Shown: positions 33,851 to 41,182 of the stretch, in pieces | Layout: each line of letters begins with the position of its first letter | Position numbering within the stretch: position 1 is the first letter of the stretch | Assembly (NCBI GenBank): GCA_964653205.1 | Contig: CAZZDO010000003.1 | Coordinates: 1 to 41,182, forward strand | DNA: 41,182 nt | Origin: an uncultured Armatimonadia bacterium | GTDB taxonomy: Bacteria > Armatimonadota > Zipacnadia > Zipacnadales > UBA11051 | Direction: 5' to 3' | Made by a program: the position numbers and the translations under genes | The notes under the pieces: generated by a model | Databases searched by the model: none | What the model was told of the DNA's origin: nothing | The model's input: only the letters and a program-made list of their open reading frames with translations

Positions 33851-36800
33851 ATGCGCCGCCTGACCCTGTGCTTCGCGATCTTCGCCGCCTCGTCCCTGTG
33901 GGCTGACGCGGCCCGGGAGCTGGTCGCCGTCCCCGCGTCCGGCGTGAAGCTCGACGGCCAGCTCGACGAGCCGTGCTGGCAAGCCGCCGCCGTCACCGAG
34001 CCCTTCCTCATCCTCGCCGCCACCGCCACCGCCCCCCGCCAGACCCGCGCCCGCGTTGCCTTCGACCGCGAGAACATCTACGTGGCCATCGAGGCCGACG
34101 AGCCCGATCCGGCGGCACTGAGCACCACCCTTTACCCGCGCGATGATGCGCACGTGTGGCAGAGCGACAGCCTTGAGATCATGCTCCAGCCCGTGCCCGG
34201 CAGCCTGCGCTACTTCCACTTCGCCTTCACCCCCGCCGGCTCGCGCTATGACGGCATGACCGGCACCGGCCAGGCTGACGCGGCCTGGAACGCCGACCCG
34301 GACTGGCGCGTGGCCACGGCGAAGCTGGCCGACCGCTGGCAGGCGGAAGTGGCCATCCCCTTCAAGGCGCTCGGCGTCGAGAGCCCGTTGCGCGGCGAAG
34401 CCTGGGGCCTGAAGTTCTGCCGCACCGTCTACGGCCGCGGCGGCAACCGCAAGGATGACTTCAACACCACGTGGTCGTACCAGCCCTCCGGCAGCTACCA
34501 CGACCCGATGGGCTGGGGGCGGCTGTTCTTCACGAGTCGGAACATCATCGCCAACGCCGACTTTGCCGCCGCGCCGGGGGCCGATGGCCTGCCGCCGCAG
34601 TGGCGCGACCAACTCGTCTGGCAGCAGGGCCAGGAGCCGGCCGGGAAGGTCGAGCAGGCCGTTGTGGACGGCCGCAATGTCCTGCGGGTGACGAAGTTCG
34701 AGCGCGCCGGGCGGAGTCTCTTGCCCCGCGCCAGCATCACGTCGCTGGTGCGCGGCGGGCGGCGCTTCCGCGCCACGGTCAGCGTGAAGGCCAAGGGCGA
34801 TGTGCTGCTGGGGCTGACGCTGTACGCCGGGGCCGAGGCCTCCTATGTCAGCACGCCCTTCAAGCTGACCGGCGAGGGCTTCACGACCATCACCGCCGCC
34901 TGCGAGGCGCTCGACAAGGTCCACGCCATCGGCATTCAGCTCTCGTTCGACCGCGAGTCGCATGGGGAGCTGCTGGTGCGCGAGGCCTCCCTCGTGGATG
35001 AGGGTCCGCCGCCGGCCGCGCCGTCGGCCATCGCGCTCAACCACGGCCTGGACGCCGCCTGCGAGAACCTCGCGGACATGAAGCCGTACGAGCTACTGCG
35101 CGATGAGGAGGGCCGCAGCCGCTTTGAGCGGCTGATCTTCCGCGACCAGGGCACCGGCACGGATATCTGGCGCATCACCTCGGACTGGAGCGCCGCCAAC
35201 GCCATCTACTCGAACATGTACCCGTGGAACCGCGACGGCAGCGCGTACAAGCTCTCGACGTGGGAGCGCCCCGGCGGGCCGTATCTGATCGCCGATCCGG
35301 ATGGCGACGCCCTGCGCGGCGCGCCCGATGGCGGGGCCCTGTCTTGGAGCCGCGACCCGGACTGGCTCGTCTACACCTCCCGCGACACCCTCGCGCAGGT
35401 CAACTGGCGCACGGGCGAGCGCAAGACGCTGTACACGGTGCCGGACGAACTCAAGCACGGCGGGCGCGGGAGCCTCAGCGCCAACCTTGATCTGCCCGGC
35501 CTCGTGTACTTCGAGCAGGCCTTCGGCACGAAGGCCCCGCTGTACTTCATTGACCTGAAGACGAAGCAGGTCACGCGCCTGCCCATCACCAGCGACTCCA
35601 CCGGCGACAGGGAGAAGGACTGGCTCTACAGCGCGGGCCTCAGCCGCGGCCGCGACGGCGAGTGGTGGGTGCGCTACTCGCTCAACCACCTGCCGCACCT
35701 GTCGAACCAGAACCCCTACCAGCAGCGTGCGGTCAGCCCGGACGGCAAGATCAGCCTGGATCGCCTCAAGCTCGACCAGCCGCCCGGCAAGCCTGCTCAG
35801 CCGCTCTACAGCCACGGCGGCACCCAGCCCTCGCAGCACTACGAGACCGGCTATTCGGGGGGCGGCATCTGCCTGTGGGACTTCGCCAAATGGGAGGGGA
35901 AGATGCTCGTGCCCGGCCCGCAGGACGGGCACATCTCGTGGGAATACCAGGACGATTGGTTCTTCGCCGGAACCAACGGCCGCCCGCTCACCGGGGCCTT
36001 CTCCAGCGTGCTGCTGAAGGTCTACACCGACGGCACGTGGTACCACGTCGCGTACGGCAACACGATCAACACCGAGTACAACACCAACTTCTTCGCCAAC
36101 CTCAGCCCCGACGGCACCAAGGGCTCGTTCAGCTCCACCATGCTCGGGCCGGTGGATCTCTTCTGGTGCGTCATCTCGTATCCGGAGCCGCCCGTGGACG
36201 TGCAGGCCAGGCTGCAGGGCGGCAAGGCGGCGCTGACCTGGAAGCCGCCCGCCAAGTGCGCGGAGATCGCGGGCTACAACATCTACCGGAGCAGCCGCTC
36301 GGGCGCCGGCTTCGAGATGATCAGCGGCGAGCCCATCGCCGGCACGCAGTTCGAGGACCCCGCGCCGGGCAGGAGCGCGTTCTATGTGCTCACCTCGGTC
36401 GAGCGCTCCGGCCTGGAGAGCCGCTGCCCCAGCGCCGAAGTCGCCGTGGGTGACGTGAAGGCCGAACCCGAACGCCTCTGGCTGGAAGCCGAGCGGGGCA
36501 AGCTGCAGGCGCCCGTGCGTGAGAACCTGCACGGCAGCGCCTCGAATCTGCTTTTCGTGGACCACCGCGACGGCGCGGGTCCCGGCAGCGCCATCTATGC
36601 TTTCCCCTGCCGCCGCACCGGCCCGCACACGCTGTGGGGCCGCGTCCGCTACCAGGGCGGCGGCACGCCCGCCGACCCGTGGACTGTCAGCGCTGGTGGC
36701 AAGCCCGTCGGCAAGCTGACGACGACCGCGCGCGACTGGGAGTGGGTCAAGCTGGCCGAGGGGATTGCGGGCGCGCCGAACTGCGCCGTCAGCATCGCCG

Positions 36801-37675
36801 CCCCCGCCCCCGGCTTCGCGCTCGACAAGCTCCTGCTGACCGACGACCCGGCCTTCACGCCGCAGGGCGAGGAGAAGCTGGACCGCACCCCGCCCCCGAC
36901 CCCGACGGGCCTGGAGCTTGTCGCCGCGCGGCACTTCGACGTGACGATCGAGTGGCAACCCGTCGCGGGCGCGCGGTACTACCAGGTATACCGCGGCGCG
37001 AAGGCGGACGTGGCCGTCGGGCAGCAGACCCTGATCGCCTCGCCGTCGCTCGCGAAGTGCGTGGACTGGGGGCTGCAGGCCGAGAAGCCGTACTGCTACC
37101 GCGTGACGGCGGTGGACGCTTTCGGCAACGAGTCACCGGCCGCGGCGGCGGTGGCGGCGGCGACCTCGGCCCTCCCGCAGGTCGTCAACCTGACGATCGA
37201 GGCGGAGCAGGCCACGCTCGCGCCAGGTCAGGAGACGGTCGCGGACAAGGACGCTTCGGGCGGGCAGTACGTCAAGCTGACCCCGCAGACGGTGGACGGG
37301 AAAGAGACCTTCGCGAAGCTGACCTGCGAGTTCGAGGCGCCAGTGGAGGGGGACTACATCGTGTGGGTGAAGGCCTGCCCGGTCAGCGACCGGGGCTATG
37401 CGTACGCGTCGGCGGAGATGGACGGGGCGCGGTACCACAGCTTCCTGATCTCCTTCCCCGAACGCAAGGGGAGTCAGGCCTTCGCTGACAACTACCGGTG
37501 GCGGGTGGTCAACGACATGCGGCGGGAGTTGCCGGTGCGGTTCCATCTGACGGCGGGGAAGCACACGCTGCTGATCGGCAGCGAGCCGCACCGTCAGGAC
37601 TACGGGCTGGATCAGATCGTGATCAGCAACGACCTGGGGCGGCGGCCGGAGGGGCGGCAGTTGCCGTGGGAGTAG
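33851..37675 (+). CDS. Large secreted multidomain protein: CBM9-like, CBM4/9-like, TolB/oligogalacturonide-lyase-like beta-propeller, 2 x FN3 and CBM-like modules
   Basis: Signal peptide MRRLTLCFAIFAASSLWADA. LDGQLDEPCWQ...VAFDRENIYVAIEADEP is CBM9/DOMON-like. The propeller-like segment reads FRDQGTGTDIWRITSD.... FN3 segments are …AALTWKPP…YNIYRS… and …VTIEWQPVAGARYYQVYRG…. Domain calls are pattern-based. Confidence 0.6.
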   Translation: MRRLTLCFAIFAASSLWADAARELVAVPASGVKLDGQLDEPCWQAAAVTEPFLILAATATAPRQTRARVAFDRENIYVAIEADEPDPAALSTTLYPRDDAHVWQSDSLEIMLQPVPGSLRYFHFAFTPAGSRYDGMTGTGQADAAWNADPDWRVATAKLADRWQAEVAIPFKALGVESPLRGEAWGLKFCRTVYGRGGNRKDDFNTTWSYQPSGSYHDPMGWGRLFFTSRNIIANADFAAAPGADGLPPQWRDQLVWQQGQEPAGKVEQAVVDGRNVLRVTKFERAGRSLLPRASITSLVRGGRRFRATVSVKAKGDVLLGLTLYAGAEASYVSTPFKLTGEGFTTITAACEALDKVHAIGIQLSFDRESHGELLVREASLVDEGPPPAAPSAIALNHGLDAACENLADMKPYELLRDEEGRSRFERLIFRDQGTGTDIWRITSDWSAANAIYSNMYPWNRDGSAYKLSTWERPGGPYLIADPDGDALRGAPDGGALSWSRDPDWLVYTSRDTLAQVNWRTGERKTLYTVPDELKHGGRGSLSANLDLPGLVYFEQAFGTKAPLYFIDLKTKQVTRLPITSDSTGDREKDWLYSAGLSRGRDGEWWVRYSLNHLPHLSNQNPYQQRAVSPDGKISLDRLKLDQPPGKPAQPLYSHGGTQPSQHYETGYSGGGICLWDFAKWEGKMLVPGPQDGHISWEYQDDWFFAGTNGRPLTGAFSSVLLKVYTDGTWYHVAYGNTINTEYNTNFFANLSPDGTKGSFSSTMLGPVDLFWCVISYPEPPVDVQARLQGGKAALTWKPPAKCAEIAGYNIYRSSRSGAGFEMISGEPIAGTQFEDPAPGRSAFYVLTSVERSGLESRCPSAEVAVGDVKAEPERLWLEAERGKLQAPVRENLHGSASNLLFVDHRDGAGPGSAIYAFPCRRTGPHTLWGRVRYQGGGTPADPWTVSAGGKPVGKLTTTARDWEWVKLAEGIAGAPNCAVSIAAPAPGFALDKLLLTDDPAFTPQGEEKLDRTPPPTPTGLELVAARHFDVTIEWQPVAGARYYQVYRGAKADVAVGQQTLIASPSLAKCVDWGLQAEKPYCYRVTAVDAFGNESPAAAAVAAATSALPQVVNLTIEAEQATLAPGQETVADKDASGGQYVKLTPQTVDGKETFAKLTCEFEAPVEGDYIVWVKACPVSDRGYAYASAEMDGARYHSFLISFPERKGSQAFADNYRWRVVNDMRRELPVRFHLTAGKHTLLIGSEPHRQDYGLDQIVISNDLGRRPEGRQLPWE

Positions 37676-37681
37676 CGGGCC

Positions 37682-38137
37682 TTACGTGTTGGTCTTGCCG
37701 CTCAACGCTGTGATGCGCACGCGAATGACCGTGGTGCCCTCGATGCCCCCGTCCCGGTACGTCTGCGGCTCGGGCGTGAAGTGGCGCATCAGCACATCGA
37801 GGCCGTGCTTCTTCCCCTCGGTGTCCTCGACGATCTCCGCCGTGCCCTCGCCGACGACGCTCGCGTAGTCAAAGCCCCAGCCACAGGCCACGTCACCCGG
37901 CTTGACCGTGTATTCGGCCTCGATGGCGAAGGCCACTTGCGGGTGGGCCTTCATCAGGTCAATCTTGCGCCCCTCGGCTGCGCAGTGGAGATACAGGCAC
38001 TCCCCGTCATAGCCGTAGGTGATGGGGATGACGTACGGCGCGCTCTCGTCTGGCAGCGCCAGGTACAGCACCTGGTGGCGGCGGAGGAGGTCGTCCATCG
38101 CGGCGCGGTCGGTGATCTCGCGGTCGGCGCGGCGCAT
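37682..38137 (-). CDS. Pyridoxamine 5'-phosphate oxidase family (FMN-binding split-barrel) protein
   Basis: Track ORF trimmed to ATG 38137 (MRRADREITDRAAMDDLLRRHQVLYLAL...), typical of the Pyridox_ox_2-type family. Confidence 0.7.
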   Translation of the reverse strand: MRRADREITDRAAMDDLLRRHQVLYLALPDESAPYVIPITYGYDGECLYLHCAAEGRKIDLMKAHPQVAFAIEAEYTVKPGDVACGWGFDYASVVGEGTAEIVEDTEGKKHGLDVLMRHFTPEPQTYRDGGIEGTTVIRVRITALSGKTNT

Positions 38138-38148
38138 CGGGTGTGCTC

Positions 38149-38919
38149 CTACTCGTCCAGCAGGCAGGTCGGGGGATGGCCTTCGACCATGCGCCGGGCG
38201 GCCAGGGCGGCGCCGATCATCCCCGCCTCGTTGCGCATCTGCGCCACCTCCACCCGCGCCCGCGTCTCGATATGCGGCAGCCACTTCTCCGGCTTGTTGC
38301 TGATGCCCCCACCGATGACGAACAGGTCCGGCCAGAAGAGCGCGTCGAGCGCCTGGAGGTACTCGTTGGCCCGCTGCGCCCACTTCTCCCAACTCAAGTC
38401 GTCGCGCTTGCGGGCGGCGTCCGAGGCGAACGACTCCCCCTCGCGGCCCTTCACATCCATGTGCCCCAGCTCGAGGTTTGGCACCAGCCGCCGCGCGACG
38501 AACAGCGCCGTGCCGATGCCCGTGCCGAAGGTCAGCATCATGACGACGCCATGCTCCTCGCGCCCGGCCCCGAACTGCATCTCGGCCAGACCGGCGGCGT
38601 CGGCGTCATTGAGCACCACGGTGGCACAGCCGGTCCGCTCGCGGATGAGCCCGGCGGCGTCAGTGCCGATCCAGCTCTTGTCCACATTGGCGGCCGTGTG
38701 AGCCACGCCCTCCTTGATGACGGCCGGGAAGGTGCTGCCCAGCGGGCCGGTCCAGTTGAAGAATGCGGCGATCTCGGCGATGACGTCGGCGACGGCCTCG
38801 GGCTTGGAGGGGTCCGGCGTGGCGATGCGATGCCGCTCGGCCATCAACTCGCCCTTGTCGGTGTCCACCGGTGCACCCTTGATGCCCGACCCGCCGATGT
38901 CTAGGCCCAATACCTGCAT
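38149..38919 (-). CDS. ppgK: Polyphosphate glucokinase (ROK family)
   Basis: [19 protein letters not shown]... N-terminal ATPase motif. About 256 aa, and it lacks the ROK Zn-Cys motif, as is usual for PPGK enzymes. Confidence 0.7.
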   Translation of the reverse strand: MQVLGLDIGGSGIKGAPVDTDKGELMAERHRIATPDPSKPEAVADVIAEIAAFFNWTGPLGSTFPAVIKEGVAHTAANVDKSWIGTDAAGLIRERTGCATVVLNDADAAGLAEMQFGAGREEHGVVMMLTFGTGIGTALFVARRLVPNLELGHMDVKGREGESFASDAARKRDDLSWEKWAQRANEYLQALDALFWPDLFVIGGGISNKPEKWLPHIETRARVEVAQMRNEAGMIGAALAARRMVEGHPPTCLLDE

Positions 38920-39018
38920 ATCACTCTCCCGTCGGTTGTCGTCCGCGCGTGTGGTTCGCCCTCGGTGCGGGGTGGACCTTCCTGTGGTGCGACGTCCCGG
39001 ACGCGGGCTGATGGCGGT

Positions 39019-41142
39019 TCAGTCCAGCAACAGCACCTTGCTCTCGTACGGTGCGAACCGCAGGTCGAGGGTTGTGGCGGCGCCGCTGAGGAGGTCGCGG
39101 GCCTGACTGAAGACGATGCCGTCCAGCTTGATGCGCCCCGCGCGCGCCGCGTCCACGATGTTGAGGGCGATCAGGACGTGCCGCCCGTCCAGCGTGGACA
39201 GCACGCTCGCGCGGATGTCATCCGGCGTGCGGACGCGCGATTGCACGCCGGCCTGCGCCGCGAGGTCAAGCACCAGCCCGGCCACGCCGCCGCCCGCGAC
39301 CTCGCGCCCCTCGCGCTTGAAGTCGTCCCCGACGCCCTGCTTCGTCGAACATGCCAGCCCGAGGTTGACCCCGGACATGATCGCCTGCCCGCTGCCATAG
39401 GCGTGCCGCAACACCGCCGGCTGGCCGTCCTCGTACGTAGCCACGACCTCGGCTTCCGAGGGCTGCCAGAAGGCCTGGAAGAGGCTGCCTTCGACGGCGA
39501 TCTCACCATCGCTGTATGTCAGCACAATGCGCCTGCCGCGGCCCTGGACGAGGTCCCGCTCGCGCACGCTGAAGACGTCGGCGAAGCCGCCGCCGGGGAC
39601 TTCGCGCGGCAGCGACAGGTCGGGGTTGAAGCCGCACAGGTACGGGTCTGACAGGAGCGTGCCGCCCCGGCGTACGTACTCCTTGAGGGGCTCGCGCGCG
39701 GCCTCACACAGCGCCGCGGGGTTGGGCAGGACGATCAGCTTGTAGCGCGCCAGCGCCGCCGCGTCGAGGCGCTCCTCGTGCAGCACATCCACGGGGAGGT
39801 TCGCATCCCAGAAGACGCGGTAGGTGCCGCTGAGGGCGTCCACGCTGAGCTGGCAGTTGCGGTGCTGCGTCCAGTCGGCCATGAAGGTGCGGTAGCTGAA
39901 GAGCAGGGCGACCTCAGCGGGCTGGACCTGCGCGGCGCGGAAGAGCGCCGCGTTGTCGTTGAGCGTCTTGCCGATCCGCGCCACGGCGCGGAGCAGCTCC
40001 GTCTCCTCCCCGGCGTAGTCGGTCAGGCCGAAGGCGCCGATCTCCGAGCCGTGCGCTTCCTTGCGGTACTGCCAGAACAGCAGGCCCTGCGCGCCGTGGC
40101 GGATCGACTCCCAGCAGAACATCGCCTCGACTTCCGGGCGGATGCGGCCGTTGCGCCCGAAGCCCTGGCCGTAGTCGCCCGCGCCCAATTCCGACTGCCA
40201 GAACTCCTTGTCCCCGGCCGCGCAGCGGGTGGCGTCCGTGCCCAGACCAACCATGAGCGTCTGCGGCGCCGAGGATGGGAAGGCGCTGTAGCCCCACATG
40301 TCCACCGGGTCGGCGTTCTTCCAGTCGTCGAAGGCCATCGCGCCAAGCTGTCCGCAGGTCACGCAGCCGCCGCCCCAGGCGTGGGCGATGACGGGCTTGC
40401 GCGTGTGCTTGCGGATGAGGTCGCTGCGGCGCTGCACGAGCCCGGCGATGTTCTCGGCGGCGAAGGTGCGGAAGTCCACCCAGTCGCTGAAGCCGAACAG
40501 CCATGTCGGCGGGCGCACCTCGGCCCAGTCCGAGAAGCGCCGGCCCCACGCCTCGCCGACGGCGTCAAGCGAGCCGTACTTGCCGCGCAGCCAGTGACGG
40601 AACGCCTCCCGGCTGGCCTCGCAGTAGCAGAAGCAGCCGATGGGGTTCTCGGTCATGTCCACCCACAGGTGCGGCTCGTTGATCGGCTCGAAGAACGCGA
40701 CCGCCGGGTGATCGCCACAGTGGCTGACGACGCCCTCGATGAAGCGCGCCTCCAGCTCCTGCGTGCGCGCGTGATCCGGGCACAGCCCCGGCCAGCCGCC
40801 GGAGGGCGTGTTGGCGCGCTGGGCGGACTCGAACGGCCGCCCCTTGATGTCCACGTACCACAGTTCGCGGTGCCGATGGATGGCCCACTCGGGGCAGCCG
40901 TGCAGGTGCATCAGCAGCCCCACCTGCAGCTCATTCTCAGCGGCGAGGTCGAGGAGTTCGTCCAGGTAGTCGAAGTCAATCTCGCCGGGCCGGGGCTCCA
41001 GGACGCCCCACACCAGCCAGGCGCGGATGGTGTTGAAGCCGGCGGCGCGCATGTTCGCCATGTCGCGCGCCCAATCCGACCGCGGCGGCGTCAGCCCCCG
41101 CAGATATTGCGAGCCGAACGGGAAGAACTCGGGTGCGGACAT
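39019..41142 (-). CDS. Beta-galactosidase, glycoside hydrolase family 42
   Basis: 707 aa. The N-terminal TIM barrel carries …[16 protein letters not shown]… and FEPINEPH (acid/base Glu). The overall three-domain length is typical of GH42. Confidence 0.8.
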   Translation of the reverse strand: MSAPEFFPFGSQYLRGLTPPRSDWARDMANMRAAGFNTIRAWLVWGVLEPRPGEIDFDYLDELLDLAAENELQVGLLMHLHGCPEWAIHRHRELWYVDIKGRPFESAQRANTPSGGWPGLCPDHARTQELEARFIEGVVSHCGDHPAVAFFEPINEPHLWVDMTENPIGCFCYCEASREAFRHWLRGKYGSLDAVGEAWGRRFSDWAEVRPPTWLFGFSDWVDFRTFAAENIAGLVQRRSDLIRKHTRKPVIAHAWGGGCVTCGQLGAMAFDDWKNADPVDMWGYSAFPSSAPQTLMVGLGTDATRCAAGDKEFWQSELGAGDYGQGFGRNGRIRPEVEAMFCWESIRHGAQGLLFWQYRKEAHGSEIGAFGLTDYAGEETELLRAVARIGKTLNDNAALFRAAQVQPAEVALLFSYRTFMADWTQHRNCQLSVDALSGTYRVFWDANLPVDVLHEERLDAAALARYKLIVLPNPAALCEAAREPLKEYVRRGGTLLSDPYLCGFNPDLSLPREVPGGGFADVFSVRERDLVQGRGRRIVLTYSDGEIAVEGSLFQAFWQPSEAEVVATYEDGQPAVLRHAYGSGQAIMSGVNLGLACSTKQGVGDDFKREGREVAGGGVAGLVLDLAAQAGVQSRVRTPDDIRASVLSTLDGRHVLIALNIVDAARAGRIKLDGIVFSQARDLLSGAATTLDLRFAPYESKVLLLD

Positions 41143-41182
41143 GTTGACGATAGCCTCGGATCGTGTTATGCTAGCAGTTTCG

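Noticed and set aside
37676-37681. Expected a terminator between the convergent 1274-aa gene and the PNPOx-like gene
   Set aside because: Only 6 bp separate the two stop codons, and I could not find a hairpin. There is nothing to annotate.

Overview
GC-rich bacterial chromosomal window (G/C at almost every third codon position), densely coding on both strands. I found no rRNA, tRNA or CRISPR. The taxon cannot be assigned from sequence alone. Many long R/A/G/P-rich ORFs in the supplied track are alternative-frame shadows of the real genes.

Gene content, left to right:
- 1-5898 (-): a catabolic operon of Gfo/Idh/MocA oxidoreductase, an unknown 585-aa protein, a tandem-domain amidohydrolase and an APC amino-acid permease. 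The permease is missing from the ORF track because it runs off the window edge.
- 5970-7161: an IS200-like/REP-associated Y1 transposase (RAYT) flanked by two identical 324-bp repeat units.
- 7199-10510 (+): a secreted glycoside-hydrolase-like gene of 1104 codons, split by a single in-frame TAG.
- 10524-17334 (+): an AddB/AddA-type helicase-nuclease pair.
- 17291-22254 (-): a lipoprotein esterase, then an aldolase / secreted unknown / sugar-isomerase operon.
- 22335-27714: a secreted beta-helix protein, a small Cys-rich protein and a DUF4838-like secreted enzyme.
- 27906-29607 (-): a DUF47-Pit phosphate transporter pair.
- 29755-37675 (+): a tightly coupled string of permuted orphan N4/N6 methyltransferase, FAD oxidoreductase, GT4 glycosyltransferase, solitary trpF and a 1274-aa secreted multidomain protein.
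- 37682-41142 (-): a PNPOx-like protein, polyphosphate glucokinase and GH42 beta-galactosidase.

I do not see a convincing complete new defence or biosynthetic system. The observations most worth following up:
1. The unusual RAYT/REP architecture, and at least five unrelated 'GTAG + hairpin' REP families in intergenic 3' regions.
2. The in-frame TAG in the secreted enzyme.
3. The methyltransferase-FAD oxidoreductase-glycosyltransferase coupling.
4. A Pho-box-like triple direct repeat beside the Pit operon.
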